Source of the DNA: Spirochaetia bacterium
GTDB taxonomy: Bacteria > Spirochaetota > Spirochaetia > SZUA-6 > Bin103
DNA: 64,000 nucleotides
NCBI GenBank assembly: GCA_965203905.1
Contig: CBDBDQ010000005.1
Location: 6,816,001 to 6,880,000 of the forward strand
Direction of reading: 5' to 3'
The notes under the pieces were generated by a model. That model was not told the origin of the DNA. It ran no database searches and saw only the letters and a list, made by a program, of their open reading frames with translations. This document shows positions 49,648-59,372 of the stretch, in pieces. The translations under genes were made by a program, and so were the position numbers. Position 1 is the first letter of the stretch. Each line of letters starts with the position of its first letter.

Positions 49648-49809
49648 CCCAATCAACGCAACCTGGGGTTTGCCAGTCGCCTCAACCGCCCGGTCGAACT
49701 CGACTCCCACTTCCGTCGTCTCACCTAACTCGTAGGTGTCACCCTGCGCCGGAGCGTACGCGAACCGGATCTCGCGCACTCGCGGCGGCGTGACATCGCT
49801 GCTGCTCAC
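49648..49809 (-). pseudogene. N-terminal half of one repeat of the same Ig-like repeat protein
   Basis: DVTPPRVREIRFAYAPAQGDTYELGETTEVGVEFDRAVEATGKPQVALIG; its missing half resumes near 47290. Confidence 0.7.
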
Positions 49810-49872
49810 CTTGCTCGGCCGGCTGGGCTGATGCGGATCAACCGCTCCGGCGGCTCAGTTCTTGATGGGACA

Positions 49873-50510
49873 TCAGTTCTTGAAGAACCACTGTTCGCCA
49901 CCGTCGAGCACGGTGATGTTGTAGAAGTCCTTGGCGATACCGATGTTGCCGAGCCGGCGGGAGTGCACCAGGGGCGAAGGAACGTCCACCGCCACGCCGA
50001 TCACCCACAGGTGCTCGGCCTGAATCTCGAACACCTCGCGGCTGGCGGCCAGGCGCTCCTCCGCGGACGGGGTGGACTGGATGATGTCGCGCAGCTCGTA
50101 CACCCGCTTGCCCGCTTCGGTCGGCTCGACACCCTCGGCGCCGCCGGCCTGGTACCAGCGCCACCAGGTGGGCGTGGTGGTGCGACGCTGGCGCTGCCCA
50201 GGCCCCAGGTAGTGAGCACGTGCTCATTGGCCTGGAACGCCGTCCACCAGGCGCCGCCCTCCATCACCTTGGTCGGCACGTCGATGCCGATCGCCTTCCA
50301 GTACTGCGACGCCAGCTCGGAACCCGGCGTGACCGACGGAAACACCTCGTAGTAGGTCAGCGGGATGGTCAGCCGCTCGCCGTCGGGGCGCAGACGGATT
50401 CGTTGTTGGCATCCCACTCCAGGCCCATCGCATCGAGCAGGGCGTTGGCCTGGTCGGGATCGTAGGCGGCGCAGGAATCCTCCAGATCCTGGCTGAACAT
50501 CGGGTTGCCG
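49873..50510 (-). pseudogene. C-terminal remnant of a family 5 SBP (frameshifted)
   Basis: YDPDQANALLDAMGL / RLRPDGERL..YWKAIGI / AEHLWVIG..RLGN..EQWFFKN spread over different frames. Confidence 0.8.
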
Positions 50511-50563
50511 CGTACCGGCGCCACCTGCGCGGGACGGCCGAAGCCCAGGCCTGCTCCCCTGTT

Positions 50564-51209
50564 TGGTGAAGTGGTGCACCGTGAGCCCGGTGACGCGGTC
50601 GAAGTGGCGCGCATCCCCGGTGACGATCGCGTCGCCTCGGGACAGCGCGGTTGCGGCAATGAGCAGGTCCGATGTCGGGATTCTCTGTCCCTCCGCAGTC
50701 AGTTGCGCATCGATCTGCCCGACCACGCGAGCCGTGGCGAGGGTGACGGGGAGCACCGGAACCGCCGCCGGCAGCGCCTCGACGAATTCTTCTCGTCTTG
50801 CTCGCCGCGACGGATGGTCGGCGCGCCAGTATCCGTGAAGCAACTCCGCTGCGCTACCCGAAGTGGCGGCCACCGTGCACTGCCCAATGCGCCGTTTTCG
50901 TGGTGTTCCGTGTCACGGATTGACCGTGGTGACTGGTCCGAAAATGGCGGCCACCGTGCGCTGCCCCATGCGCCGTTTTCATGGTCTTCCATATCACGGA
51001 GTGACCGGGGAGCGATTGCGAAGATGTGCGATGCACTCCGAGGCGCGCCGTGGGGCAACCGGAGGAGGTGCCACGATGCATACGTATACGTCCTTACCCC
51101 GGCGATGGACGAGAAAACGGCCACCCTCCGACTCGATCCGGTCGAGGAGCTTCGCGAACGAGCGGCTCGCCTCGGTTGCAGATATCCGATAATCTGATTT
51201 TTCCACCAT
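50564..51209 (-). pseudogene. Phd-vapC module copy 3, central part replaced by a repeat element
   Basis: 50564-50855 matches vapC copy 1; 51002-51225 matches the antitoxin 5' part and promoter; the region between is non-homologous. Confidence 0.85.
50858..51010. repeat. Two tandem ~81-bp palindromic units (REP/MITE-like)
   Basis: TGGCGGCCACCGTGC.CTGCCC.ATGCGCCGTTTTC.TGGT.TTCC.T.TCACGGA.TGACCG at 50864 and 50945; internal IR GAAAATGGCG...CGCCGTTTTC. Confidence 0.8.
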
Positions 51210-51523
51210 AGATCTGATTCTATCGTCATCGGAGCGATTGTACTTCCACACGGTCACCTGGTGCACCCGCCGGAGTTGGTCGAGTTGGTCGGGTCCCGTT
51301 GCCCGGTAGGCCCGCATCGCAACTCGCCGACACCATCGGCGCCCCGACGCTGCGCCGGTTCTGGACCAAGCCGGCGCCCAATCATGGCACGGTCCGTCCG
51401 ATGAACAACACTGGATTCGCTTCGAGAACTTTGGCCTTAAGCGACTGGCGTAGCCCGCGCACTGTATACGAGGAAGGTCACCTACCGGAAACGGTGGTAG
51501 CGCTGCCGCCAAGTGCGTGGTGC

Positions 51524-52327
51524 TCAGAGCTTGGCGGCCACTCCCCCGTCGATATTGATCGTCTCGCCGGTGATGAAGCGCGACTGCTCGGATGCCAGGA
51601 ACAGCGCGAGGTTGGCCACATCCTTCGGATAGCCGGGCCCCTTCACGATCTGAGCGAAGTCGAACATGGCTTCGAACACGTGGTGGCCGCCATCGGCATC
51701 GTTGATGGTGCCGCGCGTGGCACCGGGAGTCATTATCTGGCCGGGACGAATGCCGTTGACGCGGATGTTGCGCCTGCCGCCGACACCGGCCATGAAGCGG
51801 GTGAGCGCATCGACGCCCGCCTTGGCGGCGTAGTAGGAGCAGGAGGCAACTCCGAACTCATCCAGCATCCTTGGGCTGAACCCGCGCTGGGCCGCCAGCG
51901 ATGACATGTTGACCACTGCGCCGCCGCCGGCACTGATGAGGTGTGGCCAGACCGAGCGACTCATGTAGAAGGTGCCCATCAGGTTCAGGTGGACCACGCG
52001 ACTGAACTCCTCGGTCGACTCATCCGGGAACGTGCCACGGCCGCCACCGCCGGCGTTGTTGATGAGGATATTGACGGCCCCGTAGGTCTTTGCAGCCGCG
52101 GCTACGGCCGCCTCGACGGAGGCCACCGCTGACACGTCACAAGCGATGAATGTGGCGATGCCACCCTCCTCTCGTATGCGGGCCGCGACCGCACGGCCTT
52201 GCTGTTCTCCGCGCGCCATCAGGATGACCTTCGCGCCCTCGGCGGCAAACGCCCGCCCAATTCCCTCGCCGATGCCGCTGTTGCCGCCGGTGATGATCGC
52301 GACCTTGCCGCTCAGTGTGTCTGCCAT
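51524..52327 (-). CDS. SDR family oxidoreductase
   Basis: TGGNSGIG, NNAG, YYAAK, FITGETINIDGG. Confidence 0.92.
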   Translation of the reverse strand: MADTLSGKVAIITGGNSGIGEGIGRAFAAEGAKVILMARGEQQGRAVAARIREEGGIATFIACDVSAVASVEAAVAAAAKTYGAVNILINNAGGGGRGTFPDESTEEFSRVVHLNLMGTFYMSRSVWPHLISAGGGAVVNMSSLAAQRGFSPRMLDEFGVASCSYYAAKAGVDALTRFMAGVGGRRNIRVNGIRPGQIMTPGATRGTINDADGGHHVFEAMFDFAQIVKGPGYPKDVANLALFLASEQSRFITGETINIDGGVAAKL

Positions 52328-52492
52328 CTGCGCATGTTGCCGCGTAAGGCCGCAAGAGGAAACCTCCCCCGATGTCCCCCGATGGCGCGGCTCGCGCCTC
52401 CACGAGCCGCCGTTCGTGGTCCGTCAGCCAGAGGTGGTTGCCGTCGCCCCACCCATCCTGGAATCCCTTGCGTTCATTGCTCTCTTGAAATA

Positions 52493-53380
52493 TCAGGCGC
52501 CGCCGGGGCCGAGGCGGCCGCCGCCGCCGCGCAGGCGCGGGTCGAGCAGGTCGCGCATCGCATCGCCCAACATGTTGAAACTGTACACCACGATCGTCAG
52601 GCACAGCCCCGGCCACAGCGCCAGCCAGGGGGCCTGCTCCATGAACCGCCGGCCCTCCCGGCTGAGCATGCCGCCCCAGCTCGGGACCTTGCCCGGCAGC
52701 CCGAAGCCGAGGAAGCTCAGCGACGCTTCGGCCAGGATGACACCGCCGACGTTGATGCTGAAGACGATGATGAGGGGCGCCACGATGTTGGGCAGGACGT
52801 GGCGCACCAGGATCTGCGTGGTGGGCGCGCCGACGGCCTTGGCTGCCAGGAAGTAGTCGTTGCCCTTGGTGGCCACCACGGCGCCTCTGACCACGCGCGA
52901 GCCGCCCACGCCGCCGGCGACCCCCAGCACCACGATGAGCTGTGGCAGACCCCGACCGACAACGGACATGATCGTGAGCAACAGCAGCAGTCCCGGGAAC
53001 GCCATCCAGGCATCGACGAAGCGCTGCACCGCCAGGTCCAGCTTGCCGCCGAGGAATCCGGAGGTGCCGCCGATCACGGTCGCGACCACCACGTTCAGCG
53101 TGGTCGCCGCCAGACCGACGACCAGCGAGATGCGCGCCCCGAAAAGAATACGGCTCAACAGATCGCGGCCCAACTGATCCGTCCCGAGCAGATGGCGAGC
53201 CGATGAGCCCTGCAGTCTTTCTGCCAGGCTCAGTTGATCGAACGGATAGGGGGCCAAAACATCGGCAAAGATCGCCACCAGAATCAGGAGCACGATGACG
53301 ACCCCGCTGGCGATGCCCAGCGGTTTCTCCCGCCACAACCTGGCGAAGAAATCGGTAAACTGGCCGCGCGCCTCATTCAT
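52493..53380 (-). CDS. ABC transporter permease (DppC-like)
   Basis: LLGTDQLGRD, RHVLPN, EASLSFLG, GDAMRDLLDPR. Confidence 0.92.
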   Translation of the reverse strand: MNEARGQFTDFFARLWREKPLGIASGVVIVLLILVAIFADVLAPYPFDQLSLAERLQGSSARHLLGTDQLGRDLLSRILFGARISLVVGLAATTLNVVVATVIGGTSGFLGGKLDLAVQRFVDAWMAFPGLLLLLTIMSVVGRGLPQLIVVLGVAGGVGGSRVVRGAVVATKGNDYFLAAKAVGAPTTQILVRHVLPNIVAPLIIVFSINVGGVILAEASLSFLGFGLPGKVPSWGGMLSREGRRFMEQAPWLALWPGLCLTIVVYSFNMLGDAMRDLLDPRLRGGGGRLGPGGA

Positions 53381-54332
53381 AGCGCACCCGCGGGTCCAGC
53401 CAGGAATAGAGCAGGTCGATCAGAAGATTGAACAGCACCACCGCGGTGGCGAAGAACAGGTTGACCCCGGAGACCACCGGGTAGTCCCGGTCTTCGAGAG
53501 CAGTCAGCATGAGCCGACCCAATCCCGGCAGGCTGAAGATGTTCTCCATGATCACCGAGCCACCTACCAGGATAGGCAACTGCAGGCCGACCAGCGATAC
53601 CACCGGGATAAGGGCGTTCTTGACGGCGTGCCGCATGACGACCACCCGCTCCCGCAGACCCTTCGACCAGGCGGTGCGGACGTAGTCCTGCCGCAGCACC
53701 TCCAGCATCATGGTACGCGTCATGCGCATGGTGGCGGCCGCCAGAGCCGTGCCCAGAATCAGGCTCGGGAGGATCAGCACGCCCAGATTCCCCAGCGGGT
53801 CTTCGGAAAGAGGGACCCACTGCATCGGCGGTGCCCACCCCCACCACAGTGCCGGGTAGAGCACCACCATGGTTGCCAGCCAGAAGTTGGGCGTGGCCAG
53901 GCCGAGGATGGCGACCGAGCGCCCCGCGTAGTCGGCGGCGGTATCCTGGCGCATCGCCGAGTAGATGCCGACCGGCAGCGCCAGGGCCAGCCCGATGAGG
54001 ATTGCCAGCACCCCGAGCTCGATGGTTACCGGCAGCCGGCCGATGATCCTCGCCTCCACCGCTTCGCGGTTGCCAATCAGGGAGGGACCAAGGGTGCCCT
54101 CCAGGAGGATGCCTCCGATCCAGCGTGCATACTGCACGTGGGCCGGCACATCCAGGCCGAGCATGTGCTCGAGCGCTGCACGGTCCACCTCCGCGGCCTG
54201 GAGCTCGGTCTTGCCCAACATCGCGTCTATAGCATCGCCGGGGATGAAGCGCACCGAGAGAAAGACCAGCACACTCAGGATGAACAGGGTCGGGATGATC
54301 AGCAGTAACCGCCGGATGATGTACGCGCTCAT
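53373..54332 (-). CDS. ABC transporter permease (DppB-like)
   Basis: MSAYIIRRLL, RQDYVRTAWSKGL, HAVKNA, WLDPRVR. Confidence 0.92.
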   Translation of the reverse strand: MSAYIIRRLLLIIPTLFILSVLVFLSVRFIPGDAIDAMLGKTELQAAEVDRAALEHMLGLDVPAHVQYARWIGGILLEGTLGPSLIGNREAVEARIIGRLPVTIELGVLAILIGLALALPVGIYSAMRQDTAADYAGRSVAILGLATPNFWLATMVVLYPALWWGWAPPMQWVPLSEDPLGNLGVLILPSLILGTALAAATMRMTRTMMLEVLRQDYVRTAWSKGLRERVVVMRHAVKNALIPVVSLVGLQLPILVGGSVIMENIFSLPGLGRLMLTALEDRDYPVVSGVNLFFATAVVLFNLLIDLLYSWLDPRVRYE

Positions 54333-54503
54333 ATCTTGGTGCCAAATGGGCGCCGGGAGGCGGTGCTCGGCGCTCCCGGCGCCCTGGCAGCCCGTGGCGA
54401 AACTCCGCCTGCATTGAATGCGTGCAACGCCGGGTTCCGCCACGGGCTGCTATGTGGAGTCGCGCAGCGACTCCCGTTGCAATCGGCCAAGGGGCGATTG
54501 ACT

Positions 54504-56303
54504 CTAGAAGCCCATTTCTGTCTTCAGCGCACTGTCGATCCAAAGGCGGGCGAACATATCATTTCCTTTCCCCCATCCCAGGCCACCGTCGAGCTCACCG
54601 TTGTAGCCGACGATCCACGGCTGGACGTACCAGTGTATAGGGGACATGGGACCCCATATCAGCCAGTGCCGCGACATCGCATACTCGTCTGCGTCGGCAA
54701 TCAGCCTCCGCACCTCCTCGGGCGTTCGAGCGCTCAGAGCGGCGTCGACCATGGCGTCCAGCTCCGGCCACTGGGACCCGCCGCGGTTCCACTGCGCCTT
54801 CGAGTGATACCAACTTACCGCGTTCAAAGGATCGAAGTTGTTTCTCGCGATCTGGCTGTACATGCCTTTCCCGGTACGTGCGAAGAGCCTCTCGTGGTAT
54901 TCGGCGGAGGACAGCTCGTCGATCTCGACCACGACGCCGATCTCCGCCCAGTACGCGGCGGCAATGTGCGAATAGTCCAGGTCTGCCCACGCCCCGTAGT
55001 TCAGGGTGGTCGTGAACCTGGTGCCGTCGGCGCGGCGCGGATATCCGGCCTCGTCGAGCAGTTTCTCGGCCCGTTCCGGGTCGTACCGGTAATATTGCTT
55101 GACCTCTTCGTCCCACTCCTCGAAGGGGTGGTAGAAGCCCTGCACCCCTATCAGCCCTTGAGGTGTCGGGTCGGCGCCGCCCTTCCAGTACGTACGGGCG
55201 ATGGTCTCGTTGTCCAGCGCCATCTGCATCGCGCGCAGCACGTTGATGTCGTTGAAGGGTGGCTCGCGATGGTTGGGCGCAAAGGACGCCACCGACCGGA
55301 ACCAGATTTCGTGCACCGCGATCTCGGGGTTGGTCTTGCGCATGCTTTCGGCCGCGTCCAGAGAGGTATCCCACCTCTTCCAGTCGATCGTGCGTGAGCG
55401 CAGCGCTGCGTAGGTGGCTGCTTCGTCCGGAATGATCACGTACCTGATCTCGTCAACGTAGGGCAGTTGGTTCTCGGGGTACTTTTCGTCATAGCCCCAG
55501 TAGTCGGGATTCTTGGTCAAGGTTATCGAGCTCTCCTCGACCAGGTCCGTCAACATGAACGGCCCGGTGCCGACCAGGTTGCGCCAGTCCTTACCGTCGC
55601 CATGCTGCTCGATCACCTCGGGGGGCATCATGAACGCCACCCCGTTGACCACTCCCAGCACCAGCCGCAACAGGTTTGGGCGTGGCTCGGTCACCTTGAT
55701 CACCACCGTCACATCGTCGGTGGCCGTTATCGATTCCCATGGCAGGCTCTTGAGTTGGTCGGCGCCGCCAAAGGGGGTCGGTCCGGCCTCGGCGAAGTCG
55801 CCCATGCCCAGCAAGCGGTGGAAGTTGTACTCGACGTCGTGGGCGGTGAACTGCCGACCGTTCATCGGCGCCTTGTCGTGCCAGCGAACGCCCGGGCGGA
55901 TGTGGAAGGTATAGGTGAGGCCGTCCGGGGAAATCTCCCAACTCTCCGCCAACTGCCCAATCACGTGTTCGTCCGGCGTGTGCAAGGTTTTCAGGTCCCA
56001 TACGTCTCGATCTACTCCCCAGTTCATAATACCGAGACCCTCTGAGACCGCGCCGGTAAAGCTCGGCCAGCCGAAGTAGGGGTCAGTGGAAGCCTGAGTA
56101 AGACCAGGCCCTCCGTGGGCGGTTATTGTCCCGCCATATTCCGGCGCCACCACCACCTCGCCGGTGGTGGGGTCTGTCACATACCTCTTCTCGGCCGCGG
56201 CGGCGGTCGAACCCTCCTCTTCGCCGGCGGCCCACAGGCCGGTAGCGGCCAGGACCAGGACGGACAGTACCGCAAGGCACTTACCGAACAGAACGTGTCT
56301 CAT
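54504..56303 (-). CDS. ABC transporter substrate-binding protein, family 5
   Basis: Signal ending LWAAGEEE; PEYGG, LAESWE, GTGPF, KNPDYW, AGYP. Confidence 0.92.
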   Translation of the reverse strand: MRHVLFGKCLAVLSVLVLAATGLWAAGEEEGSTAAAAEKRYVTDPTTGEVVVAPEYGGTITAHGGPGLTQASTDPYFGWPSFTGAVSEGLGIMNWGVDRDVWDLKTLHTPDEHVIGQLAESWEISPDGLTYTFHIRPGVRWHDKAPMNGRQFTAHDVEYNFHRLLGMGDFAEAGPTPFGGADQLKSLPWESITATDDVTVVIKVTEPRPNLLRLVLGVVNGVAFMMPPEVIEQHGDGKDWRNLVGTGPFMLTDLVEESSITLTKNPDYWGYDEKYPENQLPYVDEIRYVIIPDEAATYAALRSRTIDWKRWDTSLDAAESMRKTNPEIAVHEIWFRSVASFAPNHREPPFNDINVLRAMQMALDNETIARTYWKGGADPTPQGLIGVQGFYHPFEEWDEEVKQYYRYDPERAEKLLDEAGYPRRADGTRFTTTLNYGAWADLDYSHIAAAYWAEIGVVVEIDELSSAEYHERLFARTGKGMYSQIARNNFDPLNAVSWYHSKAQWNRGGSQWPELDAMVDAALSARTPEEVRRLIADADEYAMSRHWLIWGPMSPIHWYVQPWIVGYNGELDGGLGWGKGNDMFARLWIDSALKTEMGF

Positions 56304-56939
56304 GAGTCGACTCTCCTCTCGTCGTTGCGAGTCGTTTCGGGAGCGCTCGCGTCACTGCCGGCCCTTCGCCCCACTCCCGCGGCATGCCTGCGCACGCGCA
56401 GGCAACCGAAAAGCGAAGGAGGCAGACTCCGGGGTGCCCGCGGCGGACCCGGACCGCTCGGGCGTTAGTCGGGTGTCATCGATTCCCGGGCATCGATTGT
56501 CGGCGTTGTCCGTCTCACGGAAACACCTTGCCTCCTCCTTGCACGCGTGCACACGTCGACGGGATGGTGGCCGGCGTGGCAGGGAGCTGAGTGGCCGGCA
56601 ACGCCGGCAGGTGATTGTTGTGATGTGACTGGCGCGGGCGGGTGCGGGACGGCTGGGGTCGTCACTGGAAATGACCGGCGGTCGGCACGCCGGTGCGGCG
56701 GGACCGGCGCCACGCGGTTCCGAGCGTGCTGCCAGACAGGTAGCGGGCGCAGCATCGCGCGAGCGTACCCAGTGCTGACAAGGTGCGCTCGGGACATGAA
56801 CGGTGTTCAGAGCGAGCGCTTATTGCTTCAGCGTTAAGTAGTTGGGGGGGACGTACCGGTGGCGCTGCTGGAGTCAGCCGGCGACAGGGCCGGGTTGCCT
56901 GGTCACGCCAGATCCACATCCATCCGAGTCCCTACTGTC

Positions 56940-56967
56940 ACTGTACCACACGCCCGACACCGGTCAA
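56940..56967 (-). promoter_or_regulatory. Putative extended -10 promoter far upstream of the SBP gene
   Basis: Minus strand TTGACC-16 nt-TACAGT with TG immediately upstream of the -10. Confidence 0.4.
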
Positions 56968-57039
56968 GCACGCGTTTGCAATGCAACGTTCGTTCGGGCC
57001 GATCGGCCGATGAATCATATCGCGCCGCTCAGCGGCGCC

Positions 57040-57216
57040 TCCAGGTCTCGATCCGCTCCAGGTCCTTGCGCAGCACCTTGCACTCCACCACGAAGCGGCG
57101 CTCACGCCCGCCCTGCGGCCATACGATCAGCAGTCGGTGCGCCCGTGCCCCAGCGCGTACTCCCGCTCGATCCCCCCACCGCCGTTCACGATGCGCGCCC
57201 CGGGAATACCTGCAGG
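57040..57216 (-). pseudogene. C-terminal PD-(D/E)XK fragment of an ATP-binding protein (frameshifted)
   Basis: LQVF..IVNGGG.IEREYALGHGRTD.LIVWP...RFVVECKV across frames. Confidence 0.65.
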
Positions 57217-57245
57217 GTGTCTTGAGTGTCCCATGATCCCGCCTC

Positions 57246-58193
57246 TCACCCCCGCTCCGGGTCGATGCCCGACCGGCGCAGGAGCGCCGCCAGCCGTTCG
57301 GCCCGTCGGCGCTCCTCACTCAGCAGCTGCTCCGCGTGCTCGGCACGTTGGCGTTCCTGATCCGCGCGTTGGCGTTCCTGGTCCGCGCGCTGGCCTTCCT
57401 GGTCCGCACGCTGGCCTTCCTGGTCCGCGCGCTGGCGTTGTTCCCTGCCCGTCGGAATCAGCACGTCGTGCTCGTCCATCCAGCGCAGCCACCCGCTCCA
57501 CCACACGCCCTCGAACTCCCCCTCCCACAGCCTCAGTCCCAACCGCAGCTCCGGGAACCGGGGCCGCTCTTGGCGTTCGTAGCTCCCGTTCCGCAACCGA
57601 TACACGCGCAGATCGTCCCGCATCACCCGATGAAACGGATCGTAGATCACGTAGTACCCCACTCCCATGCGCACGTAGCTGAGCCTCTTGCTCCCTACTT
57701 CGTTGCCTTCCCGGTTCGAGACGATCTCCACCACCAGATCCGGTGGCTTGCCGAACTCCCACACGAAATAGGAGCGGTGCCTCTTGTCCCACCAGTTGTC
57801 CGCCACCTGCACGTCCAGGCTCACGAACACGTCCGGCACGATCGCGGGGTTGCGCGCCTCCCCAAACACGCCGACGTTGGCAGCCGCAAGAAACGTGCGC
57901 CCGCCGCCCGGACCGGCCCACGAGCTGTACAGCGGCTCGGTGAGCAGCCGTTGCTGCTTCTCAGAGGGCATGTTGTCCACCGGCGTTTCATCCTCGGTCA
58001 CCAGAGATTCGATGTCGACACTCACTGGCGGCGGCGCCGCCACCGCAACCCCTGCCCCCTGGACCGTGGCCGCACGCGGCACGCTCGAGGCCGGCCTCGT
58101 GAGCACCCTGTCCGGCGGGGCCGGCTCCGCTCCGGGGGCGCTGGATTGTGGATCAAGCGCGGAATGACCACGGTGGGGGTTAGTCGGCTCCAT
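57246..58193 (-). CDS. Uma2 family (DUF820) putative endonuclease with coiled-coil tail
   Basis: TEDETPVDN..SEKQQRLL, VPDVFVS, PPDLVVEIVS, YYVIYDP; QRADQE(G/R) heptads. Confidence 0.88.
   Translation of the reverse strand: MEPTNPHRGHSALDPQSSAPGAEPAPPDRVLTRPASSVPRAATVQGAGVAVAAPPPVSVDIESLVTEDETPVDNMPSEKQQRLLTEPLYSSWAGPGGGRTFLAAANVGVFGEARNPAIVPDVFVSLDVQVADNWWDKRHRSYFVWEFGKPPDLVVEIVSNREGNEVGSKRLSYVRMGVGYYVIYDPFHRVMRDDLRVYRLRNGSYERQERPRFPELRLGLRLWEGEFEGVWWSGWLRWMDEHDVLIPTGREQRQRADQEGQRADQEGQRADQERQRADQERQRAEHAEQLLSEERRRAERLAALLRRSGIDPERG
57344..57440 (-). repeat. 21-bp coding tandem repeat (QRADQEG/QRADQER)
   Basis: About 4.5 units of (G)CG(C/T)TGGC(C/G)TTCCTG(G/A)TCCGC. Confidence 0.85.
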
Positions 58194-58197
58194 GCGG

Positions 58198-59340
58198 TCA
58201 CCAGCATACACCGAGCAAGCAGCAACAGCCACTCCGCAGCACGTCGTCTCGGTTGACCAGATCGATCTCTTCCTGGCGTTCGAGAAATGGACGCAGGTCG
58301 GTCACCGCGCGATCCCAATTCATCGCATCCAATCGCTCGGCCAGCGACCGCCGCCACGTGTGCGGCGTCATCTCCCGGCCGGGCCATTCGGTCTGCCTGA
58401 GCGCCGCGTTGAGGAGCGGGAAATTGGGCGGCGGCCATCCCGGGTCGCTCAGATACCAGATCAGGTCGTACCGGTCGCGTCCCTTGGTGCAGGGACGCTG
58501 CAGCACGGCATGCAGTTTGCCGGCGAGCTGGGATGCGCGGTCATGGTGAAACAACCGGAGCGTCTCGTGACGGCGTACCAGGCTGGTGTCCATCGTCGCT
58601 CCAGCGGGCGGCCGGGTGTCCACTTCGACCTTGATGGCGAGCACTTCCGCCCGGTGCGGCGACAGACCGATTTCGTACAGCAGGCCCGGGAACCGCACCA
58701 GCGCATTGTGCACGGTGCGGGATTCCCGAACGCGGACCTCGATACGGTAGTCCTCCGCCGCCAGTTCGCCGCGGATCGTTTGCAGCCAGCCGCGCAGTCG
58801 GTAACCACCGGATTCGCCTTCCAAGGCGAAACCCAGGTCTTCGGAATAGCGCGGCAGGCTGACAGGAAACGCAGTTCGTGCAGGGACGCGGGCCGCTGCG
58901 GGCCGGAACGTCGCGCCAAGACGGCGCATGCGGCCGGCCGCGCGCGCCAGCTTCGGCGTCGCACAGGTCTCGGCAAGCGCCTCCAACCGGTCAAGGCGCA
59001 ACGCATCGAAATCCAAACGCAACTCCCGGAGATATGCCGCGTCGTCGCCGCCGGGATGCAGATGGATCAGGTCGAGCAGCGCTTTCTCCGGCTCCGCCAC
59101 GAATGCGCGTTGACCGTCCCCCAGGTCCACGTGGCGATAGCCGAACAGCAAGCCGGGCTTCAGGTGGCGGAAGGAACATCTGCCAAACGCCGTATGGCGC
59201 AGCTACGGCCGCCTCGGCGTAACGCTGGTCACTTTGTAGCCATAGGAGTAACGAACAGCCCGCGTGAAGCGGCCTGCCAGACGAAAGGCCGCCGGTCTGC
59301 GCTGGTGATGCTGGCATACCGGCGCCGCGACCGACCGGCC
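58198..59340 (-). pseudogene. Degenerate AbiEi-AbiEii type IV TA locus, fused by deletion
   Basis: AbiEi C-terminus (LLFGY...AEPEKALLD) runs into AbiEii lacking its GGT N-terminus (LPRYSEDL, IKVEVD, KLHA...KGRD.YDL); upstream stop and frameshifts. Confidence 0.75.
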
Positions 59341-59372
59341 GCCGGCGTTCCCGGGCTGCAGAAACGCCCGGT

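Noticed and set aside
47290-49650. Terminal inverted repeats for the low-GC cassette (GAGCAA...ACG similarity)
   Set aside because: Match too weak to distinguish from chance.
49855-49883. TCAGTTCTTGA direct repeat at the SBP pseudogene stop
   Set aside because: Single 11-bp duplication with no associated element.
50858-51010. Possible mini-CRISPR array
   Set aside because: Only two long units, no unique spacers of CRISPR size and no cas genes; kept as a REP/MITE-like repeat.
57344-57440. 21-bp repeats as a CRISPR or regulatory array
   Set aside because: Contiguous, spacer-less and in frame within the Uma2 coiled coil.
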